64,000 nt of DNA. Origin: an uncultured delta proteobacterium. Its GTDB lineage: Bacteria; Myxococcota_A; Polyangia; Haliangiales; Haliangiaceae. The DNA is taken from contig CAWKDB010000011.1 of assembly GCA_963848295.1 (NCBI GenBank), positions 256,001-320,000 on the forward strand, given 5' to 3'. This document shows, piece after piece, positions 10,641 to 23,558 of this stretch. Position numbers and translations under genes: made by a program. Position 1 is the stretch's first letter, and every line of letters starts with the position of its first letter. Below the pieces are notes generated by a model, which saw only the letters and a program-made list of their open reading frames with translations, made no database searches and was not told where the DNA came from.

Positions 10641-12452
10641 TTACTGCGGCGGCGGAAGCGGGGAATCGGGAGTCCACGCCGGCGCGGGCTTGGCCGCAGC
10701 GGTGGGCGGTGCGGTGGTCGACGGTTGCGCCGCGGCGGCCGCGGCCGGCTTTTCCAGGTGCGTAGAGGTCGCGGCCGGCTTTTCCGTGTGCGCCTTTGCC
10801 GCCACGCCGCGCGCGCCAACGCGGATCCGCCCGGATACGGCCGGTGCGGCAGCGACCGCGGTGGGCCGCGCGACCGGCGCGGGTTCCGCCGACGGCGAGC
10901 CCGCGATCGGCGGTGGCAGCGAGACCGCGGACGGGTTCGTCGGCATCGCTTGCGCGATCGCCAGGAGCTTCAGACCGTCTGGATCCTGCGGCATGCGATC
11001 GAGCATGTTGCCGACGAGCGCGATCGCGCCGGCGCGATCACCCGCGTCGATCGCGGCCCGCGCTTTGACCTTGAACGATCCGGCCGCGACTTGATCGGCG
11101 AGTTGCGTCAAGCGAATGTCGAGCGCGGCGTCGTCGATCTGATAGGCGCGCGCCTTCGCGAGCATGCCGGCGGCGTCGTCCCAGCGCTGCGCGCCGATCA
11201 GCCGTTCGGTCTCGGCCGCGTAGCGCTCGGCGTTGGCCCGCGCCGCGGTCATCGGGGGCGGTGCAGCCGCCGGCTTGGGCGGCTGCGGAATCACGCGCGG
11301 CGCCGAGCTATGCGAGCCGCGGACGAGCACCGTCGCGACCAGAGCAAGCACCGCGATGCCGCCCACTGCGAACCACTTGCGGGTGCCACCGCGGCGCCCG
11401 GTCACGATGTCGATCCGTCGTGCGGTGCCACTCGGCGCCACCGCCGAAATCCGGCGAGATGACCGCGCAGGCGACCGGTTGCTGCGCGAAGACCCAGAAC
11501 CATGGCTGTCGGCATAGGTGTCTCCGCTTCCGTCGAGTTCGTTGTGGTCGGGAAAGAGCTCGTGCAGCCACGCCGAGACCGCCTTCGCCGACGACGGGAA
11601 TGGCCCGTTCGCGAACGCGGTCAACTGCTCGTGAATTTCGGCGGCGCTCGGACGGCGTGTCGGGTCGGGCTCCATCGCCGCGAGGATGATGCCCTCGAGC
11701 ACGACCGGGAACGAGTTGTCGACCTCGCTCGGCTTGCGGAACTGGCCGGCCGCGCGCGCCGCGAATAGCTCGCCTTCGGTGTCACCGCGAAACGGGCGAA
11801 ATCCGACGGTCGCTTCGTAGAGACAGACGCCGAGCGCGTAGACGTCGGCGCGATGGTCGACCGGCTGCGCCCGCAATTGCTCGGGCGCCATGTACGCGAC
11901 CTTGCCCTTGATCGATCCGGCGCCGGTCAGCGACGCATTGCCGACGGCCTTCGCGACGCCGAAGTCGAACACCTTCGCGACGCCATCGAGCGAGATCAGG
12001 ATGTTGTGCGGGCTGATGTCGCGATGAACGATGCCGAGCTTGTGGCCCTGCGCGTCGCACGCGTTGTGCGCGTAGTCGAGACCGGCCGCGACCCCAGCGA
12101 GCAGGAGCGCGAAGTGCGCGTGCGGGCGGGTGCGCCGAGCCTCGAGCCGATGCAGCACGTTCGACAGCGTCGGGCCGCGCACGTATTCCATCGCGATGTA
12201 CGGCAGGCCCTCGGCGGCGTCGATCTCGAAGATCTGAACAAGGTTCGCGTGGTTGAGCGCCGACGCCACCCGGGCCTCGTCGAGGAACATGTCGACGAAC
12301 CCGCGATCGCTGATGTCGGGCCGGATCCGTTTGATCACGACCGGCTTATCGAACCCGCCGATCCCGCGCAGCCGCGCCAGGAAGACCTCGGCCATCCCGC
12401 CCACGCCGAGCTTGCGGACGACCTGGTATTTCCCCAGCGTTTGGTCGCTCAT
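10641..12452 (-). CDS. membrane Ser/Thr protein kinase
   Basis: GVGGMAEV, VVIK, HRDISPHN, DFG, YMAPEQ, ADVYALG; TM segment and TPR-like external part. Confidence 0.95.
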   Translation of the reverse strand: MSDQTLGKYQVVRKLGVGGMAEVFLARLRGIGGFDKPVVIKRIRPDISDRGFVDMFLDEARVASALNHANLVQIFEIDAAEGLPYIAMEYVRGPTLSNVLHRLEARRTRPHAHFALLLAGVAAGLDYAHNACDAQGHKLGIVHRDISPHNILISLDGVAKVFDFGVAKAVGNASLTGAGSIKGKVAYMAPEQLRAQPVDHRADVYALGVCLYEATVGFRPFRGDTEGELFAARAAGQFRKPSEVDNSFPVVLEGIILAAMEPDPTRRPSAAEIHEQLTAFANGPFPSSAKAVSAWLHELFPDHNELDGSGDTYADSHGSGSSRSNRSPARSSRRISAVAPSGTARRIDIVTGRRGGTRKWFAVGGIAVLALVATVLVRGSHSSAPRVIPQPPKPAAAPPPMTAARANAERYAAETERLIGAQRWDDAAGMLAKARAYQIDDAALDIRLTQLADQVAAGSFKVKARAAIDAGDRAGAIALVGNMLDRMPQDPDGLKLLAIAQAMPTNPSAVSLPPPIAGSPSAEPAPVARPTAVAAAPAVSGRIRVGARGVAAKAHTEKPAATSTHLEKPAAAAAAQPSTTAPPTAAAKPAPAWTPDSPLPPPQ

Positions 12453-12585
12453 AGCCCCAGCCGCGATCTTAACACGGCCCCCCGGCGGTGTTCCGCGCGG
12501 ATTCGTTCGATGTTCGATGTCGCATGCGTGTCGCGGCAGGCCGCATCTGGTCGGGATTCGCGGCGCGCGCTAGCTTGGTGACGCA

Positions 12586-13292
<707 letters not shown>

Positions 13293-13296
<4 letters not shown>

Positions 13297-14639
13297 TCCG
13301 CCGGCTGGTCGCGGCGGTGGTGCGCACGCTCGTGAGGCTGCGGCCGCGTCACCTGATCGCATTCGTCGAAGGCTTGTGGCTGTTCGTCGTGTCGCTGTTC
13401 TCGGTCGATCGCTGGATGGAGGTGTTCGACACGATCAAGCGCAACAAGCTGCGGACCGCGCTCACCGCGATCAGCGTCGCGTGGGGCATCTTCGTGATGG
13501 TCGTGTTGCTCGGTCTCGGCAACGGGTTCGACAAGGGCCTGCGCTACGGCTTCCGCCGCGAGGCGACGAACGGGATCTGGATCGCGGCGAACAAGACGTC
13601 GGTGCCGTTCGCGGGCTACGGCGTCGGTCGCAAGCTCGTGTTCGACAATCGCGACTTCGATCGGGCGAAGACTGTCCCGGGCGTCGAGCACATCTCGGGT
13701 CAGTTCTACATGTCCGGCGGCCAATTCGGCGGCGGCGAGATGCAGACCAAGCGCGGGATCAAGGCGAACACGTTCCAGATCAACGCGGTCCACCCCGGCT
13801 CGTTCTATCTCAGCGGCATCGCGATCGACGGCGGGCGATTTCTCGACGACGCCGACGTCTTGCACAAGCGCAAGTCCGCCGTGATCGGCCGGCCGGTGCG
13901 CGACTTCCTGTTCGGCACCGAAGACCCGATCGGCCAATGGATCGACATCGCGAACGTGCCGTTTCAAGTCGTCGGGGTGTTCTCGATGGAGGGCAGCGAA
14001 GAGCAGGAGCGCGCGATCTACATCCCGGTGTCGACCGCGCAGCTCGCGTACAACGGCTCGGGTCACCTCGGGATGATCGAGCTGACCGTCGGCAACGCGA
14101 CGCCCGAACAAGCGAAGGCGATCAGCAAGGCGATCGTCGGCCAGCTCGCCGAACACCACAACTTCTCACCCGACGATCCGCAAGCCGCTCGCGTCCACGA
14201 CAACATCGAGGGCTTCCAGCGGTTCACGAATCTGTTCCTGATGATCTCGATCTTCGTCGTGCTGATCGGGTGCGGCACGCTCGCGGCCGGCGTCGTCGGC
14301 GTCTCGAACATCATGATGATCGCGGTCAAGGAACGCACGAAGGAGATCGGCGTGCGCAAGGCACTCGGCGCGACTCCGATCTCGATCATCGTCATGATCA
14401 CGCAGGAGGCGGTGTTCCTGACCGCGATCGCCGGCCTGCTCGGGCTCGGCGCCGGCGTCGGCATGCTCGAGTTGCTCGACAAGGCCCACGTCAGCGACAT
14501 GTTGCGCGACCCCGCGATCGATCTTCGCGTCGGCATCGCCGCGACGCTCGGCCTGATCGCCGCCGGTGCGCTCGCCGGTCACTTCCCTGCTCGCGCCGCG
14601 GCGCGGGTCAATCCGATCCACGCCTTGCGAGATCAATAG
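13293..14639 (+). CDS. ABC transporter permease (MacB/FtsX family)
   Basis: NKLRTALT, GVSNIMMIAVKERTKEIGVRKALGA, VNPIHALR; GTG start overlaps the upstream stop. Confidence 0.92.
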
Positions 14640-15893
14640 ATGTTCGATCTCGACAACTGGCAAGAGATCGTCGCGGTGCTGCGCTCGAACAAGCTCCGCA
14701 CGTTCCTGACCGCGTTCGGCGTGTTCTGGGGGATCTTCATGCTGATGGCGATGCTCGGCTTTGGCTCCGCGATGCAGACCGGCACGAAGCATCAGATGAA
14801 GGGCATCGCGACGAACTTACTCTGGCTGTGGGGTCAGACCACCACGATGCCGTACGACGGTCTGCCGGTCGGCCGCGCGGTCCAGTTCAAGACCGACGAC
14901 ATCGAGCTGTTGCGCCACCTACCGGGCGTCGAGTTCGTCGCGCCGCGGCTGCAGCTCGGCGGATGGATGAACGACTTCAACGTCAGCTACGAGGGCAAGA
15001 CCGGCGGCTACAACGTGTTCGGCGACTATCCCGATCTCAAGCACATCATCGCGTTCGAGTATTCGGCCGGCCGGTTCCTCAACGACCGCGACATCACCGA
15101 CAACCGCAAGGTCGCGGTGATCGGCGAAGCGGTCGAGCAAGAGCTGTATCCGGAGGGCGCCGACCCGATCGGCACGTACATCAAGATCAGCGGCGTGTAC
15201 TTCGAGGTCGTCGGCATCACGCACACGTTGCGCCAGGGCCAGATGGGCGACCGCGACTCGCACTCGATCTTCGTGCCGTTCACGACGTTCCGCGACTCGT
15301 TCCACACCGGCGATCACGTCGGGTTCTTCGCGCTGACCGCGACGCCCGGCACCGACGGACCCGAGCTCGAGCGCCAGGTGCGCGATGCGATCTCGAAGCG
15401 GCACCGCGTCGATCCGGAGGATCACCTCGCGATCGGCTCGTTCAACATGTTCGTGATCTTCGCGAAGATCCAGACCGTGTTCTCGGTGTTGTTCTGGATG
15501 TCGTGGATCGTCGGTGGCGCGACGCTGCTCGCCGGCGCGGTCGGCGTGATGAACATCATGTTGATCACGGTCAAGGAGCGGACGAAGGAGTTCGGCGTTC
15601 GCAAGGCACTCGGCGCGACGCCGCGCTCGGTGATCTTGATGGTGCTGATGGAATCGGTCGTGCTGACGTCGATCGCCGGCTTGTGTGGCATCGCGTTTGG
15701 CACGCTGATCCTCACGCTCGCCGGTCACGCGTTCGAGCACGTCCCGAATTCGCCGTTCGGCGCCCCGCAGCTCGCGTTCTCGACCGTGATGTACGCGGTC
15801 GGCGTATTGATCGCATCCGGCGCGCTCGCCGGGATCCTTCCCGCGGCACATGCCGCATCTATCAAGCCGGTCGAGGCGCTGCGCGCTGAGTAG
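14640..15893 (+). CDS. ABC transporter permease (MacB/FtsX family)
   Basis: NKLRTFLT, GVMNIMLITVKERTKEFGVRKALGA, IKPVEALRAE. Confidence 0.93.
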   Translation: MFDLDNWQEIVAVLRSNKLRTFLTAFGVFWGIFMLMAMLGFGSAMQTGTKHQMKGIATNLLWLWGQTTTMPYDGLPVGRAVQFKTDDIELLRHLPGVEFVAPRLQLGGWMNDFNVSYEGKTGGYNVFGDYPDLKHIIAFEYSAGRFLNDRDITDNRKVAVIGEAVEQELYPEGADPIGTYIKISGVYFEVVGITHTLRQGQMGDRDSHSIFVPFTTFRDSFHTGDHVGFFALTATPGTDGPELERQVRDAISKRHRVDPEDHLAIGSFNMFVIFAKIQTVFSVLFWMSWIVGGATLLAGAVGVMNIMLITVKERTKEFGVRKALGATPRSVILMVLMESVVLTSIAGLCGIAFGTLILTLAGHAFEHVPNSPFGAPQLAFSTVMYAVGVLIASGALAGILPAAHAASIKPVEALRAE

Positions 15894-15896
15894 AGG

Positions 15897-17108
15897 GTGA
15901 CCATGGAAATCGAGATACCGACCAACCTCAAGGGCAAAGCCAAATCGGTGGCTTGGTTCGTCGTGCTGCTCGTGTTCATCGCGGTGATCGCGCTCGCGTT
16001 CATCGTGCTGTACAAGCAGTCGCACGCGAAAGAGGTCGTGTGGCAGACCGAACAAGGCGAGGTCACGGACATCGTCAAGAAGACGGTCGCGACCGGATCG
16101 ATCGTGCCGCGCCAGTCGGTCGACGTGAAGCCGAAGGTCACCGGCGTGTTGTCCGAGCTCTACGTCGAGGCCGGCAAGGCGGTGAAGAAGGGCGACGCGC
16201 TCGGCAAGATCCAGATCATCCCCGACGCGCAGAACATGAACTCGGCGGAGTCGCAGGTGCGCAGCTCGCAGATCTCGCTCGACAACGCGAAGCGCGAGCT
16301 CGATCGCGAAGAAGGCCTGTTCAAGCAAGGCGTCGTGCCCGAAGCCGAGCTCTACAAGTATCGGACCGACTACGCGCTCGCGAAGCAACAGCTCGACCTC
16401 GCGAGCTCGAGCCTCCAGCTGGTGCGCGAAGGCGCGACGCGCGGCTCAGGCAAAGAGAACACGCTGATCGTGACCGCGACGGTCGACGGCACGGTGATCG
16501 ACGTGCCGGTCAAGGTCGGCTACTCGGTGATCCAGGCGAACAGCTTCAACCCGGGCACGACGGTCGCGACGATCGCGAACATGTCCGACATGATCTTCGA
16601 CGGCCATGTCGACGAAGGCGAGGTCGCGAAGATCAAGGAGGGGATGCCTCTGCGGATCAAGGTCGGCGCGATCGAGAAGGACACGTTCGACGGCAAGCTC
16701 GAGTACATCGCGCCCCAGGGCAAGGAGATCGACGGCGCGATCCAGTTCGAGATCAAGGCGGCGATGGCACAGAAGGACGGCTTCTACATCCGCGCCGGTT
16801 ACAGCGCGAACGCCGACATCGTGATCGACGAGCGGAAGCAAGTGTTCGCGATCCGCGAGGCGGTGGTCCAGTACGACCACGGCAAGCCCTACGTCGAAGT
16901 CGAGACCACACCGCAGACGTTCGTGCGGCGCGACGTCAAGCTCGGCCTCTCCGACGGTATCAAGGTCGAGGTCCTGTCGGGCGTCACGAAAGCGGACAAG
17001 CTCAAGATTCCTGACAACGCGGGCCCGGCGGGAGCCGCAGGCTCGGGATCCGGATCCGGCCGAGGCAGCGGCAACAGCATGGCGAGACCGGCTTCCCGTC
17101 CCAAGTGA
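15897..17108 (+). CDS. efflux periplasmic adaptor subunit (MacA/HlyD-like)
   Basis: TM anchor, VATGSIVP, lipoyl-like halves around a helical hairpin, VKLGLSDG. Confidence 0.92.
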   Translation: MTMEIEIPTNLKGKAKSVAWFVVLLVFIAVIALAFIVLYKQSHAKEVVWQTEQGEVTDIVKKTVATGSIVPRQSVDVKPKVTGVLSELYVEAGKAVKKGDALGKIQIIPDAQNMNSAESQVRSSQISLDNAKRELDREEGLFKQGVVPEAELYKYRTDYALAKQQLDLASSSLQLVREGATRGSGKENTLIVTATVDGTVIDVPVKVGYSVIQANSFNPGTTVATIANMSDMIFDGHVDEGEVAKIKEGMPLRIKVGAIEKDTFDGKLEYIAPQGKEIDGAIQFEIKAAMAQKDGFYIRAGYSANADIVIDERKQVFAIREAVVQYDHGKPYVEVETTPQTFVRRDVKLGLSDGIKVEVLSGVTKADKLKIPDNAGPAGAAGSGSGSGRGSGNSMARPASRPK

Positions 17109-17170
17109 CGCGACGGTGACGGCTCGCGCACGGCGAGATGCGCAACGTCGGGTGCAGGTGAGCTAGCCGG

Positions 17171-17228
17171 GATCGTGCGCGCGGACGTGCACGTGCACGT
17201 GCACGTGTCACCTTCACGTGCACGATTC
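17171..17228. repeat. palindromic CGTGCA-hexamer element (GATCGTG...CACGATTC), copy 1
   Basis: GATCGTGCGCGCGGA(CGTGCA)3CGTGTCACCTTCACGTGCACGATTC; the two ends can base-pair. Confidence 0.75.
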
Positions 17229-17253
17229 GATGCACGTGATAGCGTGAGCCTCG

Positions 17254-18852
<1,599 letters not shown>

Positions 18853-18859
18853 ACAGGGA

Positions 18860-18918
18860 GATCGTGTACGTGAACGTGCACGTGTCACGTGGCACGTGCA
18901 CGTACTCGTACACGATTC
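18860..18918. repeat. palindromic CGTGCA-hexamer element (GATCGTG...CACGATTC), copy 2
   Basis: GATCGTGTACGTGAACGTGCACGTGTCAC|GTGGCACGTGCACGTACTCGTACACGATTC; near-perfect palindrome. Confidence 0.8.
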
Positions 18919-18943
18919 CTGATCAGTCGTGATATCGCAGGTC

Positions 18944-20644
18944 ATGCGCCGCATCCTTGCCGCTGTCGCCGCTACCGCCGCCGTCGCCGCCTGCGGCGGT
19001 CACGACATGACGCCGCCCCCGACCGGCCCGATCACCGCGGACGTGCTGCACTACGACTACACGTTCGACATCACGTCGCGCGCCGCGACCGCGTCGGTGA
19101 CCGCGACGGTGACCACGGCAGGCGATTGCTTCACCCTGCCGTTTCGCGCCGATGGGCTCGCGAACGCGATGTTCGATGCCGAGCCGGCGGTGTCGGCGAC
19201 GTCGGACGCGACGTCCGCGATGATCTGCGGCACCGGGGTCGCCGCGGGCGAGCAGCTCACGGTGTCCGCCGATACCACCGTCGCGCTCGCGACGCTCGAT
19301 GCGAGCCAGGTCGGCTATTCGGTCACGAACGATTCCGACGGCAACCCGTTCTACTACCTGGTCAGCTGGGTGGAGGGCTGCGATCAGTTCGGCCCGTGCG
19401 ACAACCGCGCGAACCAATTCGCGACCTACTCGTTCCACGTCACTCACCCGGCGGAGCTCACGGTGCGCTGCCCCGGCACGGTCACCGACGTCGATCCGAT
19501 GACGACCACCTGCGACTTCGAGTTCCCCGGCGGCCCGACCTACTCGACGTTCGGCATCGCCGCGTATCCCGCGTGGACGCAGACCTCGCTCGGCACGTGG
19601 TCGGACCTGAACGTCACGCTCTACGATCGCGCCGACACGAACATCGCGGCCGCGATCGATCCGGCGTACCACTCGGGGTTCGTCGCGTGGATGGAGTCGC
19701 AGTTCGGGCCATTCCCGTACGGCAGCGATCTGCGGATCCTGACCGCGCCGACGTACTGGAACGGGTTCGAGCACCCGACGAACATCGTGCTCGCCGACAC
19801 GCTCGCGAAGCAGAAGAACTCCGGCTACGCGAACAACACCGCGCACGTCATCGATCACGAGACCACGCACATGTGGGCCGGTAATCAGACGACGCTCGCC
19901 GACCCGTACGACTTCGCGTGGAAAGAAGCGATGGCGGAGTACCTGCCGTACGTCTGGGAGGACATGAACGACAGCGCGGTCGGCCGGATCACGGCCGGCG
20001 CGTGGAAGACGTTCGGCCGCACCGCGGAGTACCCGATCGTGCCTGACGACCATCCGACGCTGATCGCGTACTACGGCGACGTCTACGGCCCGGGGCCGAT
20101 GATCTTGTTCCGCCAACTCGAAGTGCTGTCGTCGCGCGCGCAGGTGATCGCCGCGATCCAGAGCGTGATCGGCAAGCCCGGAACGTTGTCGGTCGACGAC
20201 CTCGTCACCGCGCTGCAGACCCAGACCGGGCTCGACCTCACCGCGTATGCGGCCGCGTGGATCCACGGCACCGGCACGGTCCACTACCCGAGCTACACCC
20301 TGACGTACACCGCGGGTACCGGCGAGACGAGCACGCTGCAGCTCGCGCTCGACAACCCCGACACCGCCGGCGGCAAGCTGTGCAAGTTCCACGTCGAGCT
20401 CGACGGCGCCGATCCGACCACACAGAACGCGCTCGTCGAGGTCGACACGTTCCACAACGGCGCGAACCAGACGCTCACCGTTCCGACGCCAGCGTTTCCG
20501 GTCACCGCGATCATCCTGGACCCGCAGAACGAATGCTTGGTCTACGCGAGCGCGACGACGCCGCTCCCGCCGACGCCGCACGTGAATCCGTGGGTGTCTG
20601 TGGAACCGCCCGGCGATCCCGCGACGCACGAAGTACTTCGCTAA
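18944..20644 (+). CDS. M1-family (gluzincin) aminopeptidase lipoprotein
   Basis: VAAC lipobox, GFEHP, HETTH followed by WKEAMAEY (HExxH-x18-E). Confidence 0.85.
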   Translation: MRRILAAVAATAAVAACGGHDMTPPPTGPITADVLHYDYTFDITSRAATASVTATVTTAGDCFTLPFRADGLANAMFDAEPAVSATSDATSAMICGTGVAAGEQLTVSADTTVALATLDASQVGYSVTNDSDGNPFYYLVSWVEGCDQFGPCDNRANQFATYSFHVTHPAELTVRCPGTVTDVDPMTTTCDFEFPGGPTYSTFGIAAYPAWTQTSLGTWSDLNVTLYDRADTNIAAAIDPAYHSGFVAWMESQFGPFPYGSDLRILTAPTYWNGFEHPTNIVLADTLAKQKNSGYANNTAHVIDHETTHMWAGNQTTLADPYDFAWKEAMAEYLPYVWEDMNDSAVGRITAGAWKTFGRTAEYPIVPDDHPTLIAYYGDVYGPGPMILFRQLEVLSSRAQVIAAIQSVIGKPGTLSVDDLVTALQTQTGLDLTAYAAAWIHGTGTVHYPSYTLTYTAGTGETSTLQLALDNPDTAGGKLCKFHVELDGADPTTQNALVEVDTFHNGANQTLTVPTPAFPVTAIILDPQNECLVYASATTPLPPTPHVNPWVSVEPPGDPATHEVLR

Positions 20645-20784
20645 CCGTATTTTTGATCGGCGCGCCGCGCCCGCGCCGTTGCGGTTTGCGGTATCGATCC
20701 AACCGCACTGCCATTCGGCAGCGCGGATGCCCGGGCGCAGTCCCGGCCATCCATACCGCTCCCTCAGCGAAAGTGATCGATCCC

Positions 20785-21672
20785 ATGCGCGCTCAATCAG
20801 GTCTTATTCTCGCGGCGGCGGTCTTGGTCTCGTGCGGACACGGCGTCCCCGGTGCTCCGACGCTGCCGAGCAAGCCCGCCGTCCCCGGTGGGATCCCCAG
20901 CACGTCGGGTGAAGTCGATCCGAACACGTGCGGCAACTACGCCGCGTCGGACGCCGGCGCGAAGTTCAAAGTGTTCCTGCAAGCGGTCAAGGATCTCGAC
21001 GCCGCGACCACAGACGCGGCCAAGGTGATCAAGAACAGCTGCGTGACGATGGGCAACGAGCTGTCGATGCCGGCCGATGACCTCGCGGGCGACGACACCG
21101 GCGCGATCTGCAACAAGGTGCTCGACACGTACAAGGCGAACCTCAAGGTCAGCATCAAGGCGAAGGCGAAGCTCAAGATCAGCTACACCCCCGCGAAGTG
21201 CACGGTCGACGCGTCGGCGTCGGCGAGCGCGTCGGCCGGTTGCTCGGGCTCGGCTTCGGCCGGCGCTGGTGGCGGGGGGGCGAACGGCGAGTGCGCCGCC
21301 GGCGCGGCGGTCAACGCGTCGCTCCACGCCGAGTGCACCCCGGCGTCGTTCTCGGTCGGCGTCGCTGCCAAGATGATCGTCGACAAGACGAAGTTCGAGG
21401 CGACGGTCAAGGCGATCGAGGACGGCCTGCCGAAGCTGCTCGACGTCGCGGCGCGGACCCAGGGCATCAAGGATGCGGCGGACGCGGTCGTTCAGGCCGG
21501 CAAGGACCTCGCGGCGATGGGTCCGAAGTTCGCGCAGTCGTTCCCGGACCAGGGGCTATGCATCGCGAGCCAGCTCGCCAACACCGTGAAGGCCTCGACC
21601 CGGATCCAAGCCAACGTCTCGGTTTCGGTGTCGGTTTCGGCCTCGGCGACGGCTACCGCCGGCGGTTCGTGA
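20785..21672 (+). CDS. hypothetical lipoprotein, Ala/Ser/Cys-rich
   Basis: LVSC lipobox; ASASASA and VSVSVSASA tracts; strong codon bias. Confidence 0.75.
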   Translation: MRAQSGLILAAAVLVSCGHGVPGAPTLPSKPAVPGGIPSTSGEVDPNTCGNYAASDAGAKFKVFLQAVKDLDAATTDAAKVIKNSCVTMGNELSMPADDLAGDDTGAICNKVLDTYKANLKVSIKAKAKLKISYTPAKCTVDASASASASAGCSGSASAGAGGGGANGECAAGAAVNASLHAECTPASFSVGVAAKMIVDKTKFEATVKAIEDGLPKLLDVAARTQGIKDAADAVVQAGKDLAAMGPKFAQSFPDQGLCIASQLANTVKASTRIQANVSVSVSVSASATATAGGS

Positions 21673-21722
21673 CCCCTCGACGGGGGTGACAGCGCGGCGG
21701 AATTGATGGTAGCTAGCGTGCC

Positions 21723-22940
21723 ATGAAGACGCTCACCGAGTTCTCGACGCTAACGTTGCGCAAGGCCGCGGAGGCGCGCGCGAAGGTTCGGCGCAGCGCC
21801 CCGGCGCCCGCCGTCGACAACTCCGCGGCGCCGGTGCCGGCACAGGACGCGGTCACCGCTCCGGTCAACGCGGAAGAGCCGGCGCAGGTCGAGGCCGCTC
21901 CCGTCGAAACCGACTCGGCGACACCAGCTCCGAGCGAAGCCACCGAGTCGGCGGAAGCGAGCGCGACTCCGGCCGCGGCGCCGGACCCCGCGATCGACGC
22001 GGTCGCTGCCGAGCTCGGCGTGCAGCCGGATCGCGCCGCGCGGTTGCTCGAGGCGCTCGATATCATCGGCGACCGCATCGATCAGGTGCGGCTCGTTCGC
22101 GTGTTCCAGGGCGATACCAAGCCGACCGGCGCGGTGTCCCGCGGCGAGTTTCACTACGCCATCGATCGCGTCGCAGCGCCCTCGCGCGCCCGGCGCGACG
22201 ATCGCAAGCGCGACGATCGCGGCGGCCGCGGCGGCGGCGGCGGGGGCGGGGGTGGTGGACGCGGGGGCGGCATGGGCGGCCCGGGCGGCGGCCGTGACAA
22301 GCCACGCGGCCTCGGCAGCCTCAAGGCCGGCGCGAAAGAAGCGCCGAAAGATGACGACGAGCGCGGCCCGCGTGGCGAGATGCCGCGCGCCGGAATCGGC
22401 TGGCAGCTCACTGCTGCTCCGCGCGAGTTCCGCGGCGGTCCCCGCGAAGGTCGCGGCGGGCCACGTCGGGGTCCCGGTGGTCCCGGTGGCGACCGGCGCG
22501 ATCGCCGTGGCCCCGGCGGGGGTGGCCCCGGTGGTCCGCGGGGCGATGGTCCGCGCGGTCCCCGTAGCGACAGTCGCGGTCCTCGCGGTCCGCGGCCGGA
22601 GGGCGGCGGCTTCGCTGGCCCGCGCCAGGAGGGTGCTGGCTTTGGGGGCGCGCGGCGGGACGCCAACGGTGGCGGTGGCCATGATCCGCGCCCGCCGGCG
22701 ATGGGCCCCGACGGACAGCCGCTGCCGCCGCGCAGCAAGCGCCCGCGCAAGGAGTTCGGCCCCGACGCCAACGGGCTGGGACCCGACGGAAAGCCGTGGG
22801 ATCCCACGCGTCGCGAGAAGCGGATCGCCGAGCGCGAGGCACAACGGCCTGCGGTGAATGCGGCTGGGTCGGGGAGCGTCGAACCGACGCCCCCGAGCGC
22901 TGATGCCACACCACCCGATCACTCGAGCTCGAACACCTAG
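21723..22940 (+). CDS. hypothetical protein with long RGG/PRG-rich disordered region
   Basis: MKTLTEFS N-terminus, small folded core (DRAARLLEALDIIGDRIDQVRLVRV), then Gly/Arg/Pro-rich tail. Confidence 0.7.
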   Translation: MKTLTEFSTLTLRKAAEARAKVRRSAPAPAVDNSAAPVPAQDAVTAPVNAEEPAQVEAAPVETDSATPAPSEATESAEASATPAAAPDPAIDAVAAELGVQPDRAARLLEALDIIGDRIDQVRLVRVFQGDTKPTGAVSRGEFHYAIDRVAAPSRARRDDRKRDDRGGRGGGGGGGGGGRGGGMGGPGGGRDKPRGLGSLKAGAKEAPKDDDERGPRGEMPRAGIGWQLTAAPREFRGGPREGRGGPRRGPGGPGGDRRDRRGPGGGGPGGPRGDGPRGPRSDSRGPRGPRPEGGGFAGPRQEGAGFGGARRDANGGGGHDPRPPAMGPDGQPLPPRSKRPRKEFGPDANGLGPDGKPWDPTRREKRIAEREAQRPAVNAAGSGSVEPTPPSADATPPDHSSSNT

Positions 22941-23065
22941 ACCGGGCCGTAACGCCGGTTACGCTCGATCAGCGCGGCGATCGGGCCAGCGAGCGAGTGA
23001 CCTCGGGCCGAAACTTTCGGGCCCACGCGGTGTCGACGTCATATGATCCCAGAGTGGAGGCCACC

Positions 23066-23554
23066 ATGTCTCGTCGCCTGATGTCCGCAGCGGTCCTCGC
23101 GCTGGCAATCGCGGCCCCGGCGCGTATCGCGCGCGCCGATATCACCTCGTCCAGCGTGATCTCGGCGTTCCATGGTCAGTTCGTCGTCAGCAAGGACGAG
23201 CTACCGGAGGGCAAGAACGATCGCGAGACGATCCAGAAGATCAGAGCGGTCCAGCTCAAAGAGCTCGTCGGCACCTCGTCCGGCGGCGGCAAAGACGATG
23301 TCACGAGCTGGCACTTCCACTACACGGCGTTTCTATCGCGCACCGGCGCGAAGACGCTCAAGCTCGACTTCTTCAACGGCAAGCAGTTGTCGGCTGATCA
23401 GCGGCTGTCCGATGTCGATCCCAAGAACACCGTGCTGTCCGGCGACATCTCGATCGACGAAGACCAAGGCCTCAACAAGGGCCGCACCTATACCGTCCAG
23501 CTCATCACCGACAACGACCAGGTCGTGTGCTCGACGCAGCTGACGATGAAGTAA
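23066..23554 (+). CDS. hypothetical secreted protein
   Basis: GGAGG RBS, signal peptide ending ARA-D, typical codon bias. Confidence 0.75.
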   Translation: MSRRLMSAAVLALAIAAPARIARADITSSSVISAFHGQFVVSKDELPEGKNDRETIQKIRAVQLKELVGTSSGGGKDDVTSWHFHYTAFLSRTGAKTLKLDFFNGKQLSADQRLSDVDPKNTVLSGDISIDEDQGLNKGRTYTVQLITDNDQVVCSTQLTMK

Positions 23555-23558
23555 CCCG

